A DNA stretch of 64,000 nt. It comes from Candidatus Latescibacterota bacterium. Its GTDB lineage: Bacteria; Latescibacterota; UBA2968; UBA8231. The stretch is from assembly GCA_965221775.1 (NCBI GenBank), contig CBDCSU010000006.1, positions 1,632,001-1,696,000 on the forward strand, in the 5' to 3' direction. Each line of letters begins with the position of its first letter. Position 1 is the first letter of the stretch. This document shows positions 37,682 to 47,320 of this stretch, piece after piece. Under the pieces are notes generated by a model. It was given only the letters and a program-made list of their open reading frames with translations, did no database searches and was not told where the DNA came from. The position numbers and the translations under genes were made by a program.

Positions 37682-38518
37682 CTACTCGGCCCGCCACTCC
37701 CCGTCGAAACCGACGTAGCCGTCCATGTAGTGCTTGAGCCGCTCGGGCAGCCTCTCGGCCAGGGCCCGGGCCGAGGCCGGCAGGGGCCAGGGCGCGTCGA
37801 TGCGGAACGACCTGGGCCGGAAGCCGATGCCGCAGGAGTAGCGGCGCTCGCGGGTGGGCATGTTGGCGTGCCAGGTGAGGGCGGCGAAGCAGATGAGGTC
37901 CCCCGGGTCGGCCAGGACCGGCACGCAGCCGGGCACCGCCATGGCGTCGTACGGCGCGTCCGCCGAGCCCTCGGGTTGCAGGCCGCCACGGTCCGGACCG
38001 ATGGCGTACCCCTCCGGCCCTTCCCAGCCGGGGTAGTGGGACTTCTCGATGACGGCGATGCCGCTGCGGCCGGGATCGCTGCCGTTGAGGTAGAACCAGA
38101 GGCCGCTGGGGATGGGAAAGCGGTTGAGCACGTCGTTGGCGCGCTGCGGGCGGGCGATGTGCCCGCGGTGGTCCTGGTGCCAGCCGCCCATGCCCTCGCC
38201 CGGCGTGCGCAGGATGGCGGCGGACCTGTGCAGGCAGAGGTCAGCGGTGCCGTGGACGAGACGGAGGAAGCGCATGAAGGCGGGGTTGTCGACCAGCTCC
38301 CAGACCTCCTCGCTGTCCTCGGCGAAGGTCATGTGGTAGCGGTTGGAAGCCGGCCCGAGATCGCCGTCTGGGTCGAGGTGGCGGTCGATGCTGGCCTTCA
38401 GCGAGGCCACCATCTCCCGGTCGATCATTCCCCGGATCACGCAGAAGCCGTGCTCGTCCAGGCAGGCCAGGGCCGTCTCGTGGTCGTCGCGGTCGAAGTG
38501 GTAGTTGTAGTCGGGCAT
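37682..38518 (-). CDS. PhyH family dioxygenase
   Basis: WHQD, KSH, PGDL..F..LTWHAN, RYS. Confidence 0.8.
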   Translation of the reverse strand: MPDYNYHFDRDDHETALACLDEHGFCVIRGMIDREMVASLKASIDRHLDPDGDLGPASNRYHMTFAEDSEEVWELVDNPAFMRFLRLVHGTADLCLHRSAAILRTPGEGMGGWHQDHRGHIARPQRANDVLNRFPIPSGLWFYLNGSDPGRSGIAVIEKSHYPGWEGPEGYAIGPDRGGLQPEGSADAPYDAMAVPGCVPVLADPGDLICFAALTWHANMPTRERRYSCGIGFRPRSFRIDAPWPLPASARALAERLPERLKHYMDGYVGFDGEWRAE

Positions 38519-38671
38519 GGCGCCGTGGAGCCTCCTCTCACGAGGTTACCGTACGAAAACCAGCGGGTCCTTCCCATCTCGCCACGGGGATCACGGAGGG
38601 GCCTCGCGCCCGCGGGCCGGCCACAGGAGCCCCCGTGGCCGGCTCAAGCCCCCCATGGAAAGGAGCTATCC

Positions 38672-41383
38672 GTGCCTCTTCTCAACGTCGACAGGGCCCG
38701 CGAGAACGTGGCCCGCCACACGTGGGCGCAGGCCATCCTCGAAGGGTGGAAGCAGCAGGTGGCCTACCTGATGGAGCAGGACCGCGGCTTCATCGAGGCG
38801 ATGATGCCCGAGCTGACCCCCTGGCCGCAGTACGGCCAGAACTGCCCGGTCTGCGTCGGCCGCCTCTCCACCATGGGGGAGACCGGCATCTACGACTGGG
38901 ATGTCCGCGATCCCGACCGCCTGGTCTGCAAGTACTGCAAGACCGAGTACCCCGGCCCCGACCACCCCGAGACCGGGAGCGTCACCGCCCCCCGGATGGG
39001 CCAGACCTTCACCTTCTACCTGACCGACGGGGAGCGGGCCCATCCCGGGGACAGGTCGGGCCGCCACGCCTTCAAGTGGGTGAACTGGCCCGTGCACACC
39101 AGCTGGACCGGGATCATCCGCTCGATGAAGATCAACTGGTGCTTCGAGAAGATGCTGCCCCTCGCCAAGCTCTACGCCCTCACCGGCGAGGTGCGCTATG
39201 CCCGCTGGTCGGCGTGGATCATGGACTGCCTGGCGCGGCGCTATCCGACCTGGCTGTTCCACTCCTACGACGGCACCGTGGCCGACTGCCCGCCGGGGGA
39301 GGCGGCCGCTTCCATGGGCGCCCATCCACCGGGCGGGCGCTTCCCCCCGGAGGCTATCATCACCGCCTTCGAGGGGCGTCACCTTCAGGAGGACCACGCC
39401 GTCCTCAACAACGGCTTCTGGGGCGCCGGACGCATGGGGTGCAGCGGCTCCGACGGCCGGATGATCCTCTCGGTCACCCTCGCCTGGGACCTGATCCGCG
39501 GCGCCCGGGAGGCCGACGGCTCCCCGGTGATCACGCCGGAGATGGACCGCCGCATCGTCGACGACCTCATCCTCGCCGGGTGGGCGGACACCGAGAACTG
39601 GAACGCCATCAACAACAAGTGCGGCCCCGGCCGCGCCCTGAGCGCCGCGGCGGGCACCCTCTTCGGGAAGCCGGAGAGCGTGCGCCGCGCCATCGAGGGC
39701 CTCGAGACCCTGCTGGAGGAGGCCTTCCACTTCGACGGCTTCTGCACCGAGTCGCCGGGCTACTCCTCCATGCACCTCAACCTGCTGCGCGACATCCCCG
39801 AGCTGCTCACCGGGTACTCCGACCCGGAGGGCTACGCGCCGGAGAGCGGGCCCCGCCTGGACGACCTCGACCCCTTCCGGCAGTTCGACCGCTACCGCCT
39901 GGCCCTGGAGAGCATGGCACGCATGCTCGACCCCAACCTGCAGGACCCCGTCATCGGCGACTCCCACCACGGCCAGGGCATCGACCCCATCCACGCCGAG
40001 GTCCTGGCCGCCCACTACGGCGGCGGCTACGCCGGCCTGCTGGAGAAGGCCCAGGGCGCTCCCCTGTCGGAGAAGGGGACGGAGTACGCCCTGTGGCACC
40101 GGGACCCCGGTCTGAAGGCCGCGGGTGAGACCGGCCTGCCGCACCGCACCGAGTGGTTCCCGGGCTGGCACGTGGCCGTCCTGCGCGGCGGCGACCCGGA
40201 GGGGCACACGGCCCTGTACCTCAACGGCTATGCCTGCGGCGGCCATCGCCACTACGACAGCCTGGGGCTCATCTACATCGCCCACGGGCGGGAGATGGCC
40301 GCCGACCGCGGCTACATCTGGGATGACCCGAGGAACGCCTGGACCCGCAGCACCCTCTCCCACAACATCGTCACCGTCGACGGCCGCAGTCAGGAAGGCC
40401 GCCCCGAGCCCGCCGCCCTGGAGCTCTTCGGGGCGGGCGCCGGCGTCGAGGTCGTGCAGGCCTCGGCCCGCCAGTACGAGCAGTGCGGGCGCTACCAGCG
40501 GACCTGCGCCCTCGTCCAGCTCCCCGGCGGAGGGACCTACGCCGTCGACTTCTTCCGCGTCGACGGGGGCCGCCTGCACCAGTACGGCTTCCACTGCAAC
40601 GGACGCCTGGCGGGTATCGATGGCGCGAACCTGGAGCCCGTGGACGAGGAGATCGAGTGGCTGGCCAACCTGCGCGCCGGCCGGCCGCGGCAGCCCTTCA
40701 CCGCCACCTGGCAGGAGCAGGAGGTGCGCATGGACCTCACCCTCCTCAACCCCGTGGACCGCCTGCTTCTGGCCGATGCCCCCGGCTGGCGCTCGGACAC
40801 CGGCGACCAGCTCCACGCCCCGCCCGTGCAGCAGATCCTGGCCGAGCGCCGCGGCGCCGCGGACCTGTCGAGCCGCTACGCCGCTGTCATCACCCCCTAC
40901 GTCGAGGAGTCACCGGTGCGCGGGGCCCGGCTGCTGCTGGACGATCCCGCCACCGGCGCCCTCGGCATCGCCGTCGAGTGGCAGGGCCGCACCGACTACA
41001 TCCTCTCGGCGCCGGAGGGCGGCGCCCACGACCTCGGTCCGGTCTCCATCGAGGGCCGCTTCGGCTTCGCTTCCGTCGACGGCGAGGGGAATCCACGGCG
41101 GGCCTTCCTGCTCTGCGGGACCACCCTGCAGTGCGGAGGCCGCGGCCTTCGGCTCGACCAGGCGCAGATCCCGCTGGAGGTCGCCTCGGCGCAGGGCCGC
41201 ACCTTCCACCTCGCCGAAGCCGTGCCCGAGCCGGAAGCCCTCCCCGGGAGCTGGCTGCTGGCGGCGGATACTGGCTACGAGGTCGAGAGCGCCACCGAGA
41301 GGTCGATCACCGTGCGGGACTACCCCGCCGTGGCGTGCGGCGAGATCCGGCTCCTCGGGGCGGCGGCCTTCGTGGAGGAGTGA
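38672..41383 (+). CDS. Heparinase II/III family polysaccharide lyase-like protein
   Basis: GTG after AGGAG; DG...ESPGY, P.IGDS, GHRHYDSLG, DRGY, SHNIVTVDG. Confidence 0.8.
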   Translation: MPLLNVDRARENVARHTWAQAILEGWKQQVAYLMEQDRGFIEAMMPELTPWPQYGQNCPVCVGRLSTMGETGIYDWDVRDPDRLVCKYCKTEYPGPDHPETGSVTAPRMGQTFTFYLTDGERAHPGDRSGRHAFKWVNWPVHTSWTGIIRSMKINWCFEKMLPLAKLYALTGEVRYARWSAWIMDCLARRYPTWLFHSYDGTVADCPPGEAAASMGAHPPGGRFPPEAIITAFEGRHLQEDHAVLNNGFWGAGRMGCSGSDGRMILSVTLAWDLIRGAREADGSPVITPEMDRRIVDDLILAGWADTENWNAINNKCGPGRALSAAAGTLFGKPESVRRAIEGLETLLEEAFHFDGFCTESPGYSSMHLNLLRDIPELLTGYSDPEGYAPESGPRLDDLDPFRQFDRYRLALESMARMLDPNLQDPVIGDSHHGQGIDPIHAEVLAAHYGGGYAGLLEKAQGAPLSEKGTEYALWHRDPGLKAAGETGLPHRTEWFPGWHVAVLRGGDPEGHTALYLNGYACGGHRHYDSLGLIYIAHGREMAADRGYIWDDPRNAWTRSTLSHNIVTVDGRSQEGRPEPAALELFGAGAGVEVVQASARQYEQCGRYQRTCALVQLPGGGTYAVDFFRVDGGRLHQYGFHCNGRLAGIDGANLEPVDEEIEWLANLRAGRPRQPFTATWQEQEVRMDLTLLNPVDRLLLADAPGWRSDTGDQLHAPPVQQILAERRGAADLSSRYAAVITPYVEESPVRGARLLLDDPATGALGIAVEWQGRTDYILSAPEGGAHDLGPVSIEGRFGFASVDGEGNPRRAFLLCGTTLQCGGRGLRLDQAQIPLEVASAQGRTFHLAEAVPEPEALPGSWLLAADTGYEVESATERSITVRDYPAVACGEIRLLGAAAFVEE

Positions 41384-41387
41384 CCCC

Positions 41388-41468
41388 GCGCCCGGGGCTC
41401 AGGGACCGCCTTGCTGCGGGGGTATGACCGCCGCCGGCAGGGATGGGCGGCCTCGAGCCCCCGGGTGC
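41388..41468. terminator. Imperfect inverted repeat between convergent genes
   Basis: gcgcccggggctc...ccgcc vs ggcgg...gagcccccgggtgc. Confidence 0.4.
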
Positions 41469-41495
41469 AGGGACCCGTGGCGGGCGGCTCGGGAG

Positions 41496-43667
41496 TCAGA
41501 AGCGGGAGGTGAGGGTGGTGCGGATGCTCCGCGAGGCGCCCGGGTTGCGCTCCTGCAGGTCCACGTACTCAGCCTGCAGGAGGTTGTCGACCCGGGTCTG
41601 CAGGTCCAGGCCCATGACCTCGAGATTCAGCCGCAGGTCGACCACGGTGAAGGCGCTGCGTTCGTCGAGGGGGTAGACGAGGACCGCCTCGGGCCGGGTG
41701 CGGTAGCGCACGTCGAGGGCGATCACCTCTTCCCAGCCGGAGAGGGTCGTGGTGACAACGTGGCGCGACCGGTAGGCGAGCTTGCGGCCCGTGCCCAGAT
41801 CCCTGGAGTCGAGGAAGAGGTAGTTCGTCTGGAGATTGAGCCTGTCGGGGACCAGTTCGGCGCGCAGCCCCGTGTCGATCCCCCGGATCCTGGCCTCGAC
41901 GAGGTTCCGAAACTGGAAGGTGAAGAGCTGGTTGGGCGCGCTGGTGACCTCGATCAGGCCGGAATACTCGCTCCAGAAGATCCCCGCGTCGAACCAGAGC
42001 CGGTCCCCCGGGGTCGCGGTGGCCCCGATCTCCCCGGCCCAGGCGGATTCGCCGCGCAGCTCCAGGTTCGGCACGACCCGAAAGCCGAAGACGACCGTCG
42101 AGGTGTACTGCTCCGAGACGCTCGGGGCCCGGTAGCCGCGGCTCAGCGAGCTCCGCAGACTCAGCAGCCCGGAGGGGCGGTAGACGATTCCGACCTTGGG
42201 ATTGAGGGTCAAGTCGCCCTCGGCGGAAGAGGCCTTGTGTCTGTCGAGGCGGATCCCCACCGAGCCGCGCAACCCCTCGGCGAGCTCGATCTCGTCCTGG
42301 CCGAAGAGGGCCAGGTCCGTCACCTCCGGGGCCGGCTCCAGGAAGTTCGAGGCCACGCCGGTGTAAGCGGCCTCGCCGCCGAGCGTCACCGTGTGCCGGC
42401 CCACCGTGAACACCGAGAGCTGAAGGTCGGTGCCGTAGCGCGTGGAGCGGTGGAAGTCGTCGTTGTGGTCCGGGTCCTCCGGGTCGCCGAAGTAGTTGCG
42501 CGAGCGGAAGTGCTGGATCTGGGGCCGCAGCTCCACCTTGAGCCCGGGCGTCACCAGCGGCGTGGCCGTAAGGCCGAGGATCAGGTCGGATTCGCGCCTC
42601 CAGTCGCCCAGGTTGGCGGGATCGATCTCCAGCCGGCGGTCCTCGGAGAGCCAGGTGAAGAACTCCTCGATGTCGTCGCGCTTCCAGGTGGCGAACAGCT
42701 TCAGGGGGGTCGCCGAATCCCCGAGAATCGCCTTCCCCCGCAGCCGCCAGCCGTCCATGCCGCCGTTCTGGCGAAAGCCGTCGGAGGTCTCGCGCGCCGC
42801 GAAGAGCCCCGTGTGGACGTTGCCGATCCTCCGGGAATGCTGGACCTGAAGCCCCTGCATGCTGAGACGGCCGTCGGAGAAGCCCTGGCCCGTGGGGGTG
42901 TCGAAGAGGCCGTAGTAGCCGCGCAGCACGGTCCGAGCTTCGCGCCTCGGGGGCCGCGTGATCACGTTGACCACGCCCCCCATGGCGTTGGTGCCCCAGA
43001 GGGTCGAATGCGGCCCCTTGACGATCTCGATCCGTTCCACATCGAGGACCGGGAGGACCGAGAAATCGACGGAGGAGCCCACGCCGGAGAGGGTCCGGTG
43101 GCCGTCGAGCAGCATGAGCACCCGGCTGCCCACGCCCCGGGAGAGGCCGCTGGAGCCGCGGATGTCCATCTGCCCGGCGTTGAAGGTCACGCCCTGGGCG
43201 AAGGGCAGGGCCTCGTTGAGGTTGGTGGCCTCCCGCCGCTGCAGCTCGTCGCCGCTGATCACGGCGACGGAGGTGGGAGCGTCGCCGGGATGGGTGCCGC
43301 GGTTGGCGGTGACGGTCAGCCCCGGCACCTCGAAGAACAGCCGCTCCAGCCAGATCCGCACGGGGCCGTCGTCCTCCGGGTCCGGCTCGATCACGGCCTC
43401 GACGGTGCGGAACCCTTCGGCCACCACGACGAGGGTGTACACGCCGCCGTCCGGACGGGCGACCTCGAAGCGTCCCTCCTCGTCCGTGAGCGCCCCCAGC
43501 GGCGTCGAGCGCACCAGCACTTCGGCGCCGGCGACCGGCGCCCCCGTCTCCCCGTCGACGAGGAGGCCCCGGATCGTCGTCGACTCCCCGGCCCCCAGCC
43601 AGACCGGGGCCAGGAGCGCCGCCAGCAATACCCGGCACGAGGGTTGGAAAGCGCCGGACCGGGCCAC
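41496..43667 (-). CDS. TonB-dependent receptor
   Basis: VTANR, IRG plug motif, VERIEIVKGP.S.LWG.NAMGGVVNVIT, C-terminal F. Confidence 0.9.
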   Translation of the reverse strand: MARSGAFQPSCRVLLAALLAPVWLGAGESTTIRGLLVDGETGAPVAGAEVLVRSTPLGALTDEEGRFEVARPDGGVYTLVVVAEGFRTVEAVIEPDPEDDGPVRIWLERLFFEVPGLTVTANRGTHPGDAPTSVAVISGDELQRREATNLNEALPFAQGVTFNAGQMDIRGSSGLSRGVGSRVLMLLDGHRTLSGVGSSVDFSVLPVLDVERIEIVKGPHSTLWGTNAMGGVVNVITRPPRREARTVLRGYYGLFDTPTGQGFSDGRLSMQGLQVQHSRRIGNVHTGLFAARETSDGFRQNGGMDGWRLRGKAILGDSATPLKLFATWKRDDIEEFFTWLSEDRRLEIDPANLGDWRRESDLILGLTATPLVTPGLKVELRPQIQHFRSRNYFGDPEDPDHNDDFHRSTRYGTDLQLSVFTVGRHTVTLGGEAAYTGVASNFLEPAPEVTDLALFGQDEIELAEGLRGSVGIRLDRHKASSAEGDLTLNPKVGIVYRPSGLLSLRSSLSRGYRAPSVSEQYTSTVVFGFRVVPNLELRGESAWAGEIGATATPGDRLWFDAGIFWSEYSGLIEVTSAPNQLFTFQFRNLVEARIRGIDTGLRAELVPDRLNLQTNYLFLDSRDLGTGRKLAYRSRHVVTTTLSGWEEVIALDVRYRTRPEAVLVYPLDERSAFTVVDLRLNLEVMGLDLQTRVDNLLQAEYVDLQERNPGASRSIRTTLTSRF

Positions 43668-43668
43668 T

Positions 43669-44130
43669 CTACTCTCGCTGCCAGACCGTCTTGGAGATGG
43701 CCAGCGCGGGCTCGCTGACCTCGATCGTCAGGGTGTTGCCTTCGAGCTCGTAGGTTCCCCGGCTCTGCCACGCCTCGCCCTCCTGCTCCAACCGACCCTC
43801 CAGGTAATTCCTGTAGGTCCCCTGGTCCACGATCGTGGTGGTTCCACCGGCATTGTCAGGAACGGAGACCGTCATCTCGAAGGTCCCGCTGGCTTCGCCC
43901 CCCGTCACGGATGTCCGCTCCACGGTGAACATGCCGCTCACGTCAGGCGGCGTCAGCGCATTCCCGGCGGTGAGAACGCCGGATGCGAAGGACAGGAGGG
44001 TGTAGGTCCCCGTCAGATCGGGCGGGGCGGGCTCCGGTTCCGGCTCCACGGGATCTTCCCCGCCGCAGCCGGCGGCCAGGAGAACCCCTGCCAGCAGGGA
44101 CGCGATGAGCCCTTTCTCAAGACGCTGCAA
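43669..44130 (-). CDS. Lipoprotein, lipocalin-like beta fold
   Basis: Lipobox AAGC; LTGTY.L; GTYELEGNTLTI. Confidence 0.65.
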   Translation of the reverse strand: MQRLEKGLIASLLAGVLLAAGCGGEDPVEPEPEPAPPDLTGTYTLLSFASGVLTAGNALTPPDVSGMFTVERTSVTGGEASGTFEMTVSVPDNAGGTTTIVDQGTYRNYLEGRLEQEGEAWQSRGTYELEGNTLTIEVSEPALAISKTVWQRE

Positions 44131-44240
44131 GGTATCCTCCTCGATGTAGGGATCGGGTCAAGCCGGGCGCTGCCTGCTGCGGGAAATTACGCACCCGCTC
44201 CCCCTGCCACCAGAAAAACCCGTCTCTCCGAATGGCCGCT

Positions 44241-45320
44241 TCAGGCCGGGTCCAGGGCCTCGTCGAAGCCGAGGGAATCGGCGTAAGCGAAGAGGGCGGG
44301 GAGGCCCCCCGTGTGCAGGAAAACGACGTTGCCTTCGGCGGGGATGAGCCCCCGCCGGACATGGTCGATCAGGCCCGCCATGGCCTTGGAGGTGTACACC
44401 GGATCGAGGAGCACGCCCTCGTGCCGGCCGGCCAGCAGCATCGCCTCCCGCGCCGCCTCGGTGAGGACGGCGTACCCGGGGCCGACGTAGTCCACCTTGC
44501 TGGTGATCTGCGGCGGCTCGACCGTGGTCTCCAGGCCGAGGATGGACCCGCACTCGTTCGCCACCGAGGAGAGGCACTCCTCGAAGGTCCAGCCCGAGGT
44601 CACCGGCTCCGGCAGCGCCGGCAGGCCCACCAGGCGGATCGGCGACCGCAGGTGCTTCAGGGCCAGGGCGATGCCGGCCTGGGTCGAGTCGGTGGAGCAG
44701 AGCCAGATCTCGTCGATGCGGACCTGCGCGGCCTCGGCCTGGTCGAGCAGCTCGAGGGTGGCCGCCGCGTAGCCCACGGCCGACAGTCCGATCCCGGACT
44801 CGTCACCGACGCGGGCGACGTGGACCTTGCGGCCGGCCGCGGTCAGCTGCCGCCCCTTCTCGCGGATCCGGGCCCCGAGGCTCTCCCAGCTGCCCTCGTC
44901 CTCGACCAGCTCGACCCGGGCGCCGACGAGCAGGTCCAGGAGCAGGCCGCCCTGCACCTCGCGGTCGCGCTCGCCGCGCACCTTGCGCAGCACCAGGTGG
45001 CACTCCAGTCCCAGGCGGGAGCAGGCGGCGGCCAGCTGGCGGCAGTAGTTCGACTGCACCGCGGCGCCGCCGACGACGGTGTCGGCCCCCTCCTCCAGGG
45101 CCTTCCCGAGGACGAACTCGAACATGCGGGTCTTGTTGCCGCCGGCGGCCAGGCCCGTGAGGTCGTCGCGCTTGATCCAGATCCGCGGCCCCCCCAGCGC
45201 CTTCGACAGGTGCGGGCAGGGCTCGAAGGGGGTCGGCAGAGCCGCCAGGCCGACCCGCGGCATCGCTTCCACCGCCGCCTGCAGTTCCGCCCGTCGACCG
45301 GGGTCGTGCTCGTTGATCAC
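44241..45320 (-). CDS. D-cysteine desulfhydrase/ACC deaminase family PLP enzyme
   Basis: PTP, IKRDDLTG..GGNKTR, QSN, LDPVYTSKA, FLHTGG. Confidence 0.9.
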   Translation of the reverse strand: MINEHDPGRRAELQAAVEAMPRVGLAALPTPFEPCPHLSKALGGPRIWIKRDDLTGLAAGGNKTRMFEFVLGKALEEGADTVVGGAAVQSNYCRQLAAACSRLGLECHLVLRKVRGERDREVQGGLLLDLLVGARVELVEDEGSWESLGARIREKGRQLTAAGRKVHVARVGDESGIGLSAVGYAAATLELLDQAEAAQVRIDEIWLCSTDSTQAGIALALKHLRSPIRLVGLPALPEPVTSGWTFEECLSSVANECGSILGLETTVEPPQITSKVDYVGPGYAVLTEAAREAMLLAGRHEGVLLDPVYTSKAMAGLIDHVRRGLIPAEGNVVFLHTGGLPALFAYADSLGFDEALDPA

Positions 45321-46213
45321 GAGCCGCTCTCGGCGGGGACCTCGCCGATGCCCGCCAGCCGGGTCCTGGCCTCGGCGTAGAGATCGGCGGGCAGGGGGCC
45401 GGCCCGGGCGGCGTCGAGGTTGGACCGCATGTGGTCGAGGCTGGTGGTGCCCACGATCGTGGTGTGGCAGGCGGGGTGGGCGAGGGTGAAGCGCAGGATG
45501 AACTCGTGGCGGCTCATGCCGCCGGCGACCTCCTCCAGGCCCGCCCTCTCCCAGGTGGCCTGGCGGCCCTCGTTGGCCCGGTGCCCGAGGCTGATGCCGC
45601 CCCTCACGAGAATCCCGGCACCGGCGTCGGCCGCCTCCTGCATCATCGTCTCGTGCTCGCGCTCGAGGGCGGAATAGGGGATCTGGAAGACGTCGAAGGC
45701 GCCGGAGGCGACGAAGGCGGCCAAGTGCGGGTTGGTGGAGGAGACGCCGATGAAGCGGGCCTTGCCAGCCCCGCGGATTTCCTCCAGGGCCTCGATCAGG
45801 CCTCCCCGCTCGACATCCTCCACGGAGGGGTTGTGCATCTGCAGCAGGTCGACGCAGTCGGTGCGCAGGCGGCGGAGGCTCTGGTCGATGTTGGAGCGCA
45901 GGCGTTCGGCGGTCCACAGGTGGCCCGGCTCCAGGCGGTTGCCGTCGGCGTCGATGTTGCAGCCGCACTTGGTGGCCAGGTGGAACTCACGCCGGCGGTG
46001 GCCGACGTAGCGGCCGATGCGCTCCTCGCTGGCGCCGTAGTCGGGGGCCGTGTCGATGAGGTTGACGCCCGCGTCGAGGGCGGCGTTGAGCACCCCGGCG
46101 GCCTGGGCGTCGAAGTCGGCCGAATCGGGCAGGCCGCGCTCGGCGGCCCCGAAGCCGAGCTGCGTGACCTCCAGGCCCGTGCGGCCCAGGGTGCGGCGGG
46201 CGAGATCGCTCAT
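45317..46213 (-). CDS. Aldo/keto reductase
   Basis: LGRTGLEV..LGFG, IDTAPDYG.SE, ATKCG, SLRRLRTD.VDLLQMH. Confidence 0.9.
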   Translation of the reverse strand: MSDLARRTLGRTGLEVTQLGFGAAERGLPDSADFDAQAAGVLNAALDAGVNLIDTAPDYGASEERIGRYVGHRRREFHLATKCGCNIDADGNRLEPGHLWTAERLRSNIDQSLRRLRTDCVDLLQMHNPSVEDVERGGLIEALEEIRGAGKARFIGVSSTNPHLAAFVASGAFDVFQIPYSALEREHETMMQEAADAGAGILVRGGISLGHRANEGRQATWERAGLEEVAGGMSRHEFILRFTLAHPACHTTIVGTTSLDHMRSNLDAARAGPLPADLYAEARTRLAGIGEVPAESGS

Positions 46214-46273
46214 GCGGGAAAGATCATCCGCGCCGCCGGGCAGCGGCAAGGCGCGCCGGGAAGAGCCCCTTCT

Positions 46274-46603
46274 CTAGTGATGGTTGATCCGGCCGGAGCG
46301 GCGGTACCGGGCCAGGCGCTGGCGGACGCTGCGCCGCAACCGGAGATCGGGATCGTCGTACATGCCCTTGAGAGCGGCCAGCACATCCGCCTCGCGCTGC
46401 CTCGGCGATCCGTCGGTCAGGGTGTGGAAGGCGATGCGCCGCACGCCCGCGTCGTCGTCGCGGGTGAGCTCGAAGACACGGGACCAGGCCTCGGGGTGGT
46501 CGGCCTTCAGCTCGCAGGGGCACAACTCGCGGGCGGCGCTCCGGCGCAGGCGGGCGTCCTTCGAGCGCGAGTCCTCCAGGATCTGCTCCAGGCTCTGTCT
46601 CAT
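46274..46603 (-). CDS. Small HEAT-repeat protein with CPC motif
   Basis: D..LRR.A, D.D..VRR.A, DPD..LRR repeats; ELCPCE. Confidence 0.7.
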   Translation of the reverse strand: MRQSLEQILEDSRSKDARLRRSAARELCPCELKADHPEAWSRVFELTRDDDAGVRRIAFHTLTDGSPRQREADVLAALKGMYDDPDLRLRRSVRQRLARYRRSGRINHH

Positions 46604-46618
46604 CTCTCCCGCCTTTCG

Positions 46619-46646
46619 TTGACGAACCTCACCTCGAAGGTAAATT
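46619..46646 (+). promoter_or_regulatory. Putative sigma70 promoter of nfuA operon
   Basis: TTGACG-16 nt-TAAATT, overlapped by gaacct/aggttc inverted repeat. Confidence 0.45.
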
Positions 46647-46700
46647 CAGGTTCACTCATCCACAGTAGCAACCCCCGACACGGATGGTGAATCCCCGGCC

Positions 46701-47282
46701 ATGTTGACGATTACCGACCTCGCGCAGAGCAAGATCCTCGAGCTCATCGGCAAGAGCCCCAACCCGGTCAGAGGCCTGCGCATCGGCGCGACCTCCGTCT
46801 CTCCCCTCAAGGTCGACTACCGGATGGCCTTCATCGGCGAGGGGCAGGAGAACGACGGGGATGCCGTCATCCCCTTCGATGGCTTCGACGTCTACGTCGA
46901 CCCCGACAGCGGCGACAACGTGCAGGAGGCCACCGTCGACTACGTCGAGGGCCTGATGGGCTCCGGATTCAAGATCGAGCGCCCCCGCACCCTGCCCGAG
47001 GGCGTCGACGGCACCCTCCTCGACCGGGTGCAGCACGTCCTCGAAGAGAAGATCAACCCCGCCGTCTCCGGCCACGGCGGCCGGGTCTCCCTGATCGACC
47101 TGAAGGAGAAGACCGTCTACCTCCAGCTCGAAGGCGGCTGCCAGGGCTGCGGCATGGCCGACGTCACCCTCAAGCAGGGCATCGAGGTGATGATCAAGGA
47201 GTCGGTGCCCGAGATCGAGGAGATCTACGACGTCACCGACCACGCCAACGGCAAGAACCCCTACTACCGGGCACCCGCCTAG
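46701..47282 (+). CDS. nfuA: Fe-S cluster biogenesis protein NfuA
   Basis: Degenerate A-type N-domain plus NifU C-domain INP...HGG, GGCQGC, DVTDH..G.NPYY. Confidence 0.9.
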   Translation: MLTITDLAQSKILELIGKSPNPVRGLRIGATSVSPLKVDYRMAFIGEGQENDGDAVIPFDGFDVYVDPDSGDNVQEATVDYVEGLMGSGFKIERPRTLPEGVDGTLLDRVQHVLEEKINPAVSGHGGRVSLIDLKEKTVYLQLEGGCQGCGMADVTLKQGIEVMIKESVPEIEEIYDVTDHANGKNPYYRAPA

Positions 47283-47320
47283 GGTCAGCCGCCCGGCCGG
47301 CACCCTTCACCCGCTACCAC

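Noticed and set aside
44131-44240. Cobalamin or other riboswitch upstream of the lipoprotein/TonB receptor
   Set aside because: Region is short and I could not identify B12-box or other aptamer consensus elements
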